Shown here: piece by piece, positions 31,101 through 43,100 of the stretch
How the letters are laid out: every line of letters begins with the position of its first letter
Numbering within the stretch: position 1 is the stretch's first letter
Assembly (NCBI GenBank): GCA_963663675.1
Contig: OY760498.1
Span: 3,517,761 to 3,581,760, forward strand
Length of the DNA stretch: 64,000 bases
From: Prolixibacteraceae bacterium
GTDB taxonomy: Bacteria > Bacteroidota > Bacteroidia > Bacteroidales > Prolixibacteraceae
Reading direction: 5' to 3'
Notes under the pieces: generated by a model
Seen by the model: the letters and a program-made list of their open reading frames with translations, nothing else
Databases searched by the model: none
What the model was told of the DNA's origin: nothing
Position numbers and translations under genes: made by a program

Positions 31101-34100
31101 CAGTTTTACAGCCGTTCTGGCCAGACTTGAGCAACCAGATCCTATATAGACAGCTTCAGCGTATACCAACCGCTCTCCGGCTGCAATTTGAATTGGAGAA
31201 ACTTCAACTCCATCGATGGATTTGTCAAACCATTTTATTGTGGTCATCGGAGCAACAACAATTGCATCATTGGCATTAATGCCGACAGCTGTTTCACAAC
31301 TGACAAGCTCGTTGGATGCGCCACTTAAAACCGGGGGAACTGGGACATCTTCAATTGTCAGGGTAACCATCGTCCGGTTTGCACTTGTGCATTGACCTAA
31401 ATTTGCCTGCGCCCAGTAAGAAATTGTACCAACATGATTTAAAATTGGGGAATTAACGAGATTACCACCAGTTGGGGAATCATACCAAGTAATGGTTGCT
31501 CCATCAACAGGCACATCAACTGAAGCCCTTAATACCTGGGCTGGGTTCTCCAAACATTCGGTCTGATCGCTAATCCAAACAGGATCAGCAGGTTTGGAAT
31601 TAATGGTTACAGTTACCGTAGTCCTGGTCAGACTTTGACATCCGGAAACACCATCTATTGTACCGGCATAATAAACTGAAACGCCGTCAGAACTGACATT
31701 TGGAATATGATCAAGTGGCTCACCTCCAGTAGGCTCATTGAACCATTGCACATTCAATCCGCCTGAATTAACACGCGTTGAGAGGTCAACAGGAATGTCC
31801 GGATCACTCTGACACAAGGTCAGATCCCCAATATATGTTGGAGGAAGAGGAACCGGACTGATAGTTAGTTTTACATGAGCCCTGTTTTTACTTTGACATG
31901 TACCATTGTCTGCTTCAGCATAATAATCAACAGAACCAACAGTATTCAATTTTGGATCAGCAACAGGGACACCTCCTGCAGGCAAGATATACCACTTTAT
32001 AGGTGTTCCGTCAGGTGAAGTTGCTGATGCCTTCAAAGTTTGAACCGGATTTGTTGCACAAACAGAAACAAATTCATCTCCGGTTATAACTGGATCAGCT
32101 GGTAATGCAATGATCTTTAGAGTCTGGGGAGTCCTTGTTAAACTAGAACAACCAGTAACAGTATTGACTGCCTCAGCATAATAAGTAACCTGGCCTGGTC
32201 CACTCTGTGAAGGTGGATCAGGTACAACCTGTGTTCCCCCAGATGCATTGGCATACCATACTACCGTCATACCCGACGGAACTGTTGCAGATGCCACCAA
32301 AGGAGTAGAATCATCACATTTTGGCAGAGGATCAATAGTAATCGGCGGGTTCGGTGCCGGATTGATGGTTAAAGTAACAAGTGTCCTGGTGCTGCTCTTA
32401 CAACCTGAAGTTAGATTCTCTGACTCTGCGAAATAGTCCTTTGTGCCAACCGCAGAAAGTATTGGGATTGCAACCAGGTTGCCTGCCGCATCATACCAGT
32501 TTACCTTAAAACCGAAAGGTACAGAAGCAGTTGCTGTCAGCGAGGTTATAGGATTTGTCTCGCAAATTACAACCGGGTCAGTTGTATCAACAGGTGGATC
32601 AGGCATAAGAACTATTTCGATGGTTACCGGGGTCCTGGTAAGACTATTACAAGTACCATCAAAAGATTCAGCATAGAAAGTTTTTTTATCAATGGCAGCA
32701 CTACTTAAGGAAGGTACTATAGGAGTACCACCGACAGGAGCAGCATACCAATTAACAACAGAACCCGCAGGAGCTGTTGCCGTTGGAGTATAAACCATTG
32801 GTGATACAGGATCTACACATTGTATTATATCGCCTCCACTTACGGGTGGCAGTGGTGCAGGTGTGATGGTTAGGGTAATCCCGGAGGATCTGGTGAGACT
32901 GGAACATGTGCCATCATTTGCTTCTGCATAGAATGTCTTCGAACCGACACTGCTCATGAAAGGACTAATCATCTGTCCAAGCACCGGAGCATCATACCAG
33001 TAAATGGTTGTTCCAGGAGCAATTGGACCAGAAAGATAATCCTCTGCATTCAAAGTTTGGATTGGTAGTTGTTCACAAACCGGAGGTGGTGAAGGAAGTA
33101 CAGTAGGAGCAGGTGGCGGCATGCTTATTGTAAGCGTAATCATAGTTCTGGTCAGACTCGTACAACCGCTAACATTATCTACATATTCTGCATAGACGAT
33201 TTTTGTTCCTATGGCATTTAGTATTGGTGAAACTACAACCCCACCCGTTGGGGCACTGTACCACACGATTGATGCTCCCGACAGAGCAGGTGCAACAGTA
33301 TTTGCATCAATAGGAATGATTGCACCATTGACACATTCAGAAAGTATTCCAACGCTGTTTGGAGGAACAGGTGCAGGATTGACTACTACATGAGTTGGAA
33401 TTGCCTGAGGATCACTGGAGCACCCGGTTGAATTAACAGTGACAATTACTGTATAATCACCCGAGGTGGTAACCAGGTTGTCCCTCGTTGTAGCACCATT
33501 AGCTGACCATAGATAACTATATATGCTGCCTGTAGGGGCTCCGGTCAGTAAAACGCTTCCCCCTTCACAGAATGTCAGTGGACCTGATGCGGTAATAACT
33601 GGAGTTGCCGGTTTACTGTTAACTACAATTGTTTTGGAAGCGACAGCACCATTACCACAACTATTGATAGCCTGGACTGTTATATTTCCACTGGTTGCTC
33701 CCATCCCAAAATCAACTGTAATCGTTGATGCGTAAGGAGGTGTAGATATTATCGTAGCACCTGAAGGAGCAGTCCATAAGTAATTTACGGCACCAGTAAC
33801 CGGTGTAACAGAAAATACCACACCTGAAGTTCCTTCACAAATGGCAGACGGACCGGCAATACTACCCGGGTTGGCCGGGACATCGTTCACCGTAACTGGC
33901 AGGACAGATAAGACACCGTTCCCGCAATCATTTGAACCATAAACAGTGAAATTACCTGATTCAGATAATGCACCAAATGTAACTACAATATTATTTGAAT
34001 TTGCACCCGAAACAATTGTGGTACCGGATGGCAAGGTCCAATGGTAATCTGTCACACCTGCAATCGGTGCAACCCAGTACACATTAGTGGTACCCTTACA

Positions 34101-37100
34101 AACTGTATTTGGTCCGGAAATAACACCCGGATTTCCAGGAGCACCTTTCACCTGAATATACATAATATCAGATGCTGCTGTCAGACAAGGAGCCAGAGGA
34201 TCCACGGTCAGAGTGAGCGTTAAAGTATTCCCGACATCTGTTGGAGAAGGATAATAAGTTGGATTCAGCGTGTTTAAATCAACCAATACCCCGGAACCGT
34301 TATGAATCCAATGTGGATTCTGAAAATCGGTCGCAGCAGTTCCGCTCAATACAACAGAAGAAGGGAAACAAACAGTTTGATCGCTACCTGCGCTTACAGT
34401 AGGTTCTTTTTGGATGGTCAACAACATATCATCATGAACTGTCGTCAAACATGGCGCTATTCCGGAAGCATTAAGTGTCAGGATAACTGATCCATTGTTA
34501 ATATCAAGGGCACTTGGGGAATAAGTCGGTGTAGTTGTACCATTGTTCATGAAAGATCCGGTTCCTGAGGTTGTCCACAACAAAGTAGAATATTTGGTTG
34601 CAGTAGCACTTGACACCGTAAAATTGCTTCCGGCACAAATAATGGCATCGCTTCCGGCAACCGATGTTGCCGCTGGCAGTGTAAAGGTATTGACAACTGT
34701 CGAAGCAGCGCTCTGGCACCCATAACTATCCGTAACAACTACACTGTAACTGCCCGCAGTTGTAACAATAATTGACTGGGATGTAGCACCGTTTGACCAC
34801 AAATAGGAGTAGCCTATACCTGCTGTGGCAGTAAGAAGTACGCTTCCGCCTGCACAAAAAGACAAGGGACCTCCGGCAGTAATTACTGGTGTAACAGGGG
34901 TTGGGTGTACCGTAATTGCCTTAGAGGCAACAGGACCAGTACCGCAACTGTTCTGGGCAAATACTGATATTGTCCCGTTAATGGCAAGAGGATCAAAATT
35001 AACCCGGATGGAATTCGGGGCAAGCGTAACAAAAGTACCGTTAGAAACGCTCCATGTATAACTTGTAGCACCTGTCACCGGAGTGATTGTATAATCTTCC
35101 GAACCGCCACCCTGGCAAATTACTGAGTTCCCATTTATTATCCCTGGATCTGCAGGTACATCATTGACCTGAACCGCAAGTTGTGCAACCAGTCCGTCAC
35201 CACATCCGTTACTTCCATATACAGAAACATCGCCAGAGGAGGATCCTGAACCATAAGTAACCGATATCTCATACGGATTAGCGCCTGGGATCAATGTTGC
35301 CCCGGGAGGTACACTCCAATGGTAGGTTGCAGAAGGATCAGCAAAAGGGGTAATTGTGTAACTGACAGTAGACCCTATACAAACGGAGGCCGCACCAGGC
35401 ACCGCGGTAATCACACCCGCATTCTCAGGAGCTGATGAGACCAGAATGCGCTTGGTTGCCGAAGCAGGAACAGTACAAGGTGACAATGGATCAACGGTAA
35501 GGGTCAGAACGACTGTCTGTATTCCAAGGAAGGGAGCTGGCTGAAAAATAGGCTTTAAAGTATTAGCATTTAATAAATTACCAAGACCGGAAGTTATAGT
35601 CCATATCGGATTGATGCCATTTGAAACACTTACATCATCAATAGTGACTGAAGCAGGATAACATACTGTTAAATCTGAACCCATATTCAGAGCTGGTACA
35701 GCCTGAATCGTCAGCGTCATGTCGTCATGAATATCACCGGTACAAGGCGTATTATTTGAGGCTGTCAAAGTAAGGACAACGGATCCGTTTGCAATATCAG
35801 CGGCACTAGGTGTATAAGTAGGATTTTGAACTCCTGAAACGCTAAAACTTCCGGTTCCTGTTGATGACCATAACAAATCAAAATAATTGCTGGCAACTGC
35901 ATCAGTCAGAGCGTAGGTATCACCCGTACAGATGATATTATCTTTGCCGGCACTAACAGTAGCAGCAGGGGTAGTGTCTGTCGTAACACTGGCAGAAACG
36001 GGACTCTGGCACCCAAATGAATCTGTTACTATAACAGTGAAAGTACCTGTCGTATTTACATTGATTGTTTGGGACGTTGCGCCATTTGACCACAGGTAGG
36101 AATAACCACTACCAGTTGGAGCGGACAGTATAACGCTTCCACCCACACAGAAGGTAAGAGGGCCATTGGCAGTTATGACAGGAATTGGAGGAGTAGGATG
36201 GACTGTAACTGCTTTTGTTGCTGTTGGACCGTTACCACAACTGTTGACTGCATATACAGAAATTGTGCCGACCGAAGCCAAAGGTCCAAAATTAACCCTA
36301 ATGGAAGTTGGGGAGATCACTGTAAAAGTACCATTTGATACATTCCAGACATAGCTGGTTGCACCAGGAACCGGAGTAATTGAATATACTTCTGCACTTG
36401 TTCCCTGGCAAACGTCGGTTCGTCCATTGATTGAGCCTGGATTTACAGGTTTATCATTTACCAGAACGGCCAATTTCGAAACTGGTCCGTTTCCACAACT
36501 ATTAGTACCAAAAACTGATACGTCACCGGATGATGATGCAGTCCCATAAATGACCGAAATCTGATATGGATTGGCACCAGGCACAAGAGTGGCACCAGGA
36601 GGCACACTCCAGTTGTAGTTAACATTGGGATCGGCAAAAGGCACAATAGAATAGGAAACTGTCGTCCCTTTACATACTGATGCCGAGCCAGGTACAGCAG
36701 TAATTACACCCGGATCACTCGGCAGTGCATAGACAGTAATTGATTTTGTACTTGTAACCTGAGGCGTCGCACAAGGAGCTGTTGGATCCACTGTAAGAGT
36801 TAACGTTATAGTATTTCCAACATCAGCTGCCTGAGGTTGATAGGTTGGAGTTAATGAATTGGCATTGAACAACACTCCAGCTCCGGTTAAAGACCATCGA
36901 GGATTAGTACCATTATTCATAACTGCATCGCTGACAGTTAATGAAGCGGGATAGCACACTGTCTGGCTAGCTCCGGCAGAAATAGTCGGAGTTGGATGAA
37001 TTGTAAGGGTCATATCATCATGAATATTCCCAGTGCAAGGTGCATTATAAGAAGCTCTTAAAGTCAGGATTACTGATCCGCTTGCAATATCTGCAGCACT

Positions 37101-40100
37101 GGGAGTATAGCTGGGATTTAACCCTCCCGGACTACTGAATAACCCAGTACCGGTGGAAGTCCAGAGCAAATCAAAATAATTGGCAGCAGTTGCATCACTG
37201 ATGATATATGAATCCCCCTCACAAATGGTATTATCAGCGCCGGCGAAAACGGTTGCATTTGGAATTATACTTGTAATTTTGGGCGCTGAAACATCACTTT
37301 GACACCCAATGGCATCCGAGACAACCACCGTGAAACTACCAGCAGTAGTGACAGTTATGGATTGAGTTGTTGATCCGTTTGACCATAAATAGGCAGCACT
37401 TGTTGGTGCAGAAAGGGTTACACTGCCCCCGGCACAAAATGAGGTTGGACCAGAAGCCGTTATTACAGGAGTTGCTGGTTTTGGATTGACAGTTATTGAT
37501 TTTGTCTCTGTGGGACCGTCTCCACAACTATTTGTTGCATATACAGAAATTGTGCCATTAACCGCTGAAGGGCTAAAAGTAACTCTGATTGTAGTTGGAG
37601 AAAGTACACCATATGTTCCATTTGAAACACTCCAGGTGTAACTGGTCGCTCCCGGAATAGGTGTTATGGAATAATCCTGAATAGCACTCTGACAAACAGG
37701 AGTATTCCCGTTAATATTGTCAGGCTTTGGCGGCAATAGACCCTGTACCAGAACCGGGTAGGCAGCGCTTGTACCGGAACAACCATTGGCGTCAGTGAAG
37801 CTAACATGCAAATTATGTGTTCCGCTTGTAGTCCAAACAATTGTAATGGCACTACTATTCGCTCCTGATGTAATGCTGCCTCCTGAAGAAAGGGTCCAAT
37901 TGTAGTTACTCATCCCAACCTGAGTTGTATATACATCGCCTGTTGGATCGGCACAAACGACTGAAGGGCCGGTGATTGCAGGTGTTGGCAAAGGATTTAT
38001 AAGGATATTGGCAGTAGTAGTACCTGAGCAACTGCCATTGGAGAAATTATACGTAACAGTATGATTACCAGCCGTACTGGCAGCTAAATCTATTGCCCCT
38101 GTAGATGGATTTATAGCTACTCCCGGGGTTGAGCTATATGTTCCACCTGTTTGCCCTGTTTGCAATACAGAAGCCGTTCCAGTATTACAGTAAGGATTAG
38201 ATGTATAGCTAATCAAAGCTGTCGGAATGGAATTAACAGTTATTGAAGTGCTCGTGGTGTTTGAACAACTACCATTGGTAAAACTATAAGTCACATTATA
38301 GGTCCCTGGAGTACTTAATGCCAGATTTATGGAGCCCGTTAAGGAATTGATAGATAAACCCGGGGTAGATGAATAAGTACCTCCGGATGGTCCACTTTGA
38401 GAAACAACTGCTGTCCCGATCTGACAGTAAGGGTTGCCAGCATAAACTATAGATGCAGTTGGTAAAGGAACAATTGTTATAGTAGTAGTTGCGGTGTTGG
38501 AACAAGTACCATTTGAAAAACTGTACGTAACAGTATAAGTTCCAGGTGTACTTGATGCCAAATCAATTGTACCACTGGACGGAGAAATAGATAGTCCTGC
38601 GGTAGAAGAATAATTTCCTCCGGTTGGCCCGGTTTGAGAAACTGTTGCAGTACCTGTTTTACAATAAGGGCTGCCCGGATAACTAATTGTTGCAATCGGT
38701 AATGCATTTATCGTTATCGAAGTTGTGGTTGAATTTGGACAAGGTCCACTCGAAAAACTATAGGTGACAGTATAGGTTCCGACAGCACTTGCTGCCAGAT
38801 TAATTGCCCCAGTTAAGGAATTAATGGAAAGGCCTGCAGTGGAAGTATAAATCCCGCCTATTTGTCCCGTTTGTGTAACGTTCGCTGTCCCGGTTTTACA
38901 GTAAGGATTATCGGCATAGTTAATTGATGCTATAGGCAACGGATTAATAATTACAGTGGTGGATGTGGTATTTGAACAAACACCATCCGTAAAGCTATAT
39001 GATACCACATAATTGCCCGCTGTACTTGATGTTAAATCTATTGCCCCAGTCAAAGAATTGATTGACAGTCCCGAAGTAGAGGAATAAGTTCCACCCACAG
39101 GACCGGTTTGAATAACATTTGCTGTTCCTGTTTGACAATACGGACTACCTGCGTAGCTAATGGCAGCAACCGGTAGCGGATTGATAGTAATTGAGGTCGT
39201 CGTGGAATTCGAACAGGTACCGTCGCTAAAACTATATCTAACTAAATAATTTCCTGCTGTACTTGAGGCTAAATCTATTACTCCTGTTAATGGATTGATA
39301 GATAATCCTGCAGTTGAGGAATAAGTTCCTCCTGTTGGTCCGGTTTGAGTGACATTGGCCGTACCTGTTTTGCAATAGGGATTCCCGGTATAACTAATCA
39401 GGGCAGTAGGTAACGGATTTATGGTAACCGGAGTTGAGACTGAATTATTACATGTCCCATTTGTAAAACTATAGGTCACCGTATAAGTACCAGGAGTACT
39501 TGAGGCAAGATTTATGGTCCCGGTGGTTGCACTGATGGACAATCCGGCAGATGAAGAAAAAGTACCTCCGGAGGGTCCGGTTTGTGTTACAGCAACTGTT
39601 CCGGTATTACAGAAAGGATTGCCAGGATAAACTATAGTGGCAGTTGGCAGGGCATTAATAATTACTGAGGTAGTGGTTGCCCCGGGACAAATACCATTTG
39701 TAAAACTATATGTAACAGTATATGTGCCCGGCGTACTGGCGGCAAGGTCAATTGAACCGTTTGAAGGTGTTATGATCAGCCCGGCAGTGGAAGTGTAAGT
39801 TCCTCCGGTCGACCCAGTCTGTGTAACTGTGGCCGTTCCGGTCTGACAATAAGGACTCCCGGAATAAGTAATTGATGCAGTTGATGGTGGATTAATAGTT
39901 ACAGACGTTGTTGTGGAGTTGGGACAGGTACCGTTGGTAAAATTGTAGGTAACCGTGTATGTCCCAGGAGTACTGGCTACCAGATTGATTTCTCCGGTTG
40001 AAGGATTAAGGGATAATCCTGCAGTCGACGAATATGTTCCACCGGTTTGTCCTGTCTGAGTAACAACAGCAGACCCAGTTTGACAATATGGATTTCCGGC

Positions 40101-43100
40101 ATAATTTATTGATGCTGAAGGAAGTGCTATTATGTTTACAGAAGCTGTGGTTGTACTGGGACATGTTCCATCGGTAAAACTATAGGTAACTGTATAGGTA
40201 CCTGGAGTACTGGCTGCCAAATTAATAGAACCCGTAGAGGAATTTATTGAAAGTCCAATGGTTGAGGTATAAACACCACCCCCTTGTCCAGTCTGTATTA
40301 CAGTTGCAGTACCTGTCTGGCAATAGGGAATTCCTGTATAACTTATTGTCGCAGTAGGTAAAGGATTAATCGTTACCGAGGCAGATGCTGTATTAACGCA
40401 CGGACCATTTGTAAAACTATAAGTGACGGTATAAATACCTGGAGTACTGGCTGATAGATCAATAGCGCCAGTAGTTGAATTGATTGACAATCCGGCCGTT
40501 GAAGAATAACTTCCACCAGTTTGTCCGGTTTGGGTGACATTGGCGGTGCCACTTTTACAGTAAGGTGTTCCCGTATAGGTTATTGTGGCAACTGGCAAAA
40601 GATTGATAGTCACGTTAGTGGATGTGGTTCCCAAACAAACACCATCAGTAAAATTATATGTCACGGTATATGTACCTGCTGCACTCGCGGCGAGGTTGAT
40701 CGCTCCGGTAGAAGAATTAATAGATAGTCCTGCTGTTGATGAGTACGTCCCCCCGGGAGGCCCTGTTTGCGTCACTGTTGCCGTTCCAATCTTGCAAAAA
40801 GGATTGCCTGAATAACTGATTGTTGCAGTTGGCAATGGGTTGATCGTTAAAGTCGTTGTAGTGCTATTAAGACAGGTCCCATTACTGAAATTGTAAGTAA
40901 CAGTGTATGTACCAGCATTACTGGATGATAAGTCTATAGCTCCGGTGAGTGGATCAATAGATAATCCCACAGTCGAAATATAGGTTCCTCCTGTCGGACC
41001 GCTCTGAGTAACAGTTGCTGTCCCCGATTTGCAATATGGACTACCTGCATAACTAATTGTTGCAGTGGGCAGAGTATTGATTGTTACAATCGTTGTTGTA
41101 GTATTTGAGCAGGCACCATTCGCAAAACTATATGTCACCGTATAAGTACCTACGGAGCTGGCAGCCAGGTTAATCTCTCCTGTTACTGCATTAATCGATA
41201 TACCTGCAGTAGAGGAATATGTCCCGCCTGTTTGCCCGGTTTGTGTGACAATTGCCGTTCCGGTCTGACAGAATGGATTGCCCGAATAACTAATTGTAGC
41301 TGTAGGCAGTGGATTAATTACCACAACGGCAGTTGTGCTATTCGGACAGGTACCATCAGTAAAGCTGTATGTAACTGTATAACTTCCAACTGTACTTGCT
41401 GCCAAATTAATAGACCCTGTAACCGGATTGATTGACAATCCTGCCGTGGAACTATAAGTCCCGCCTGCCTGTCCTGTTTGTGTAACACTGGCTGTACCAA
41501 CATGACAATACGGACTCCCCGTGTAACTGATTGTGGCTGTAGGAAGGGTGTTTATAGTCAATGCTGTAGTGGTCGTATTTGCACAGGTACCATTAGTAAA
41601 GCTATACGTGACCGTATAACTTCCCGCAGTACTTGAAACCAGGTCTATTGCACCAGTAGACGAATTAATTGACAGTCCGGCAGTAGATGAGTAAATACCT
41701 CCTGCAGGTCCACTCTGTGTTACTGTCGCGACACCGGATTTACAATATGGAGTACCTGTATAGCTGATCAAAGCCGTAGGTAATGAATTGATTGTAACCG
41801 AAGTTGTTACTGTATTTGAACAAGTACCATTCGTAAAACTATACATAACTGTATAAGTACCTGCTGTGCTAGAACCGAGGTTTATTTCCCCTGTTATCGA
41901 ATTAATAGACAGACCGGGAGTTGATGAGTAAGTACCTCCGATTGGTCCTGTTTGTGTAACTGTTGCAGTACCAATCTTACAATATGGATTACCTGAATAA
42001 CTAATTGTGGCAGTAGGCGGTGCACTTATTGTTATTGTGGTAGTAGTTGTATTTGGGCAGGTTCCATTTGTAAAAAGATAGGTCACTGTATAAGTCCCCG
42101 CGCTACTGGCAACTAGATCAACAGCACCGGTTGTCGAATTAATTGAAAGTCCGGCAGTTGAGGAATAGGTTCCTCCGGTTGGTCCTGTTTGAGTTACGGT
42201 AGCCACACCCGATTTGCAATATGGACTTCCTGCATAAATAATCGTTGCAACAGGCAGAGGATTGATCGTAACGGAGGTAACTGCCACGTTTGAGCAAGAG
42301 CCATTGGTGTAATTATATGTCACTGTGTAAGTGCCTACTACACTGGAAGCCAAGCTGATTTCCCCTGTTATTGAATTAATTGTCAGGCCTGCAGTTGAGG
42401 TATATGTCCCACCAGCTTGTCCGGTTTGTGTAACAAGTGCCGTTCCTGTCTGACAGTAAGGATTACCTGAATAACTGATGGTAGCTATGGGTAAAGGATT
42501 GATTACCACACTTGCAGTTGTACTATTCGGGCATGTACCATCAGAAAAGCTGTATGTTACAGTATAACTTCCTACTGTACTGGCTGCCAGATCAATGGCA
42601 CCCGTAGCCGGGTTGATTGATAATCCTGCTGTAGAGCTATAGGTTCCACCTGCCTGTCCGGCCTGTGTAACATTTGCAATACCCGTCTGACAGTAAGGAC
42701 TCCCGGTATAACTTATCGAAGCTATGGGAAGGGAATTTATGGTTATTGATGTCGAAGTATTATTCGTACAAACTCCATTTGTGAAACTATAAGTCACCGT
42801 ATAACTCCCCGCCGTACTTGCTCCCAGATCTATGGCACCTGTTGTCGAATTTAATGATAACCCGGCTGAAGAGGTATAAATACCACCAATTTGCCCAGTT
42901 TGGGTTACAATAGCTGTCCCTGTTTTGCAATATGGATTACCGGTATAATTGATCAATGCCGTCGGTAATGAACTGATGGTAACCGTTGTCGTTGCTGTAT
43001 TTGAACAGGTACCATTCGAATAACTATAGGTAACTGTATAGGTACCTGCGGCACTTGCTGCGAGATTGATTGCTCCGGTTGTTGAATTAATTGAGAGTCC

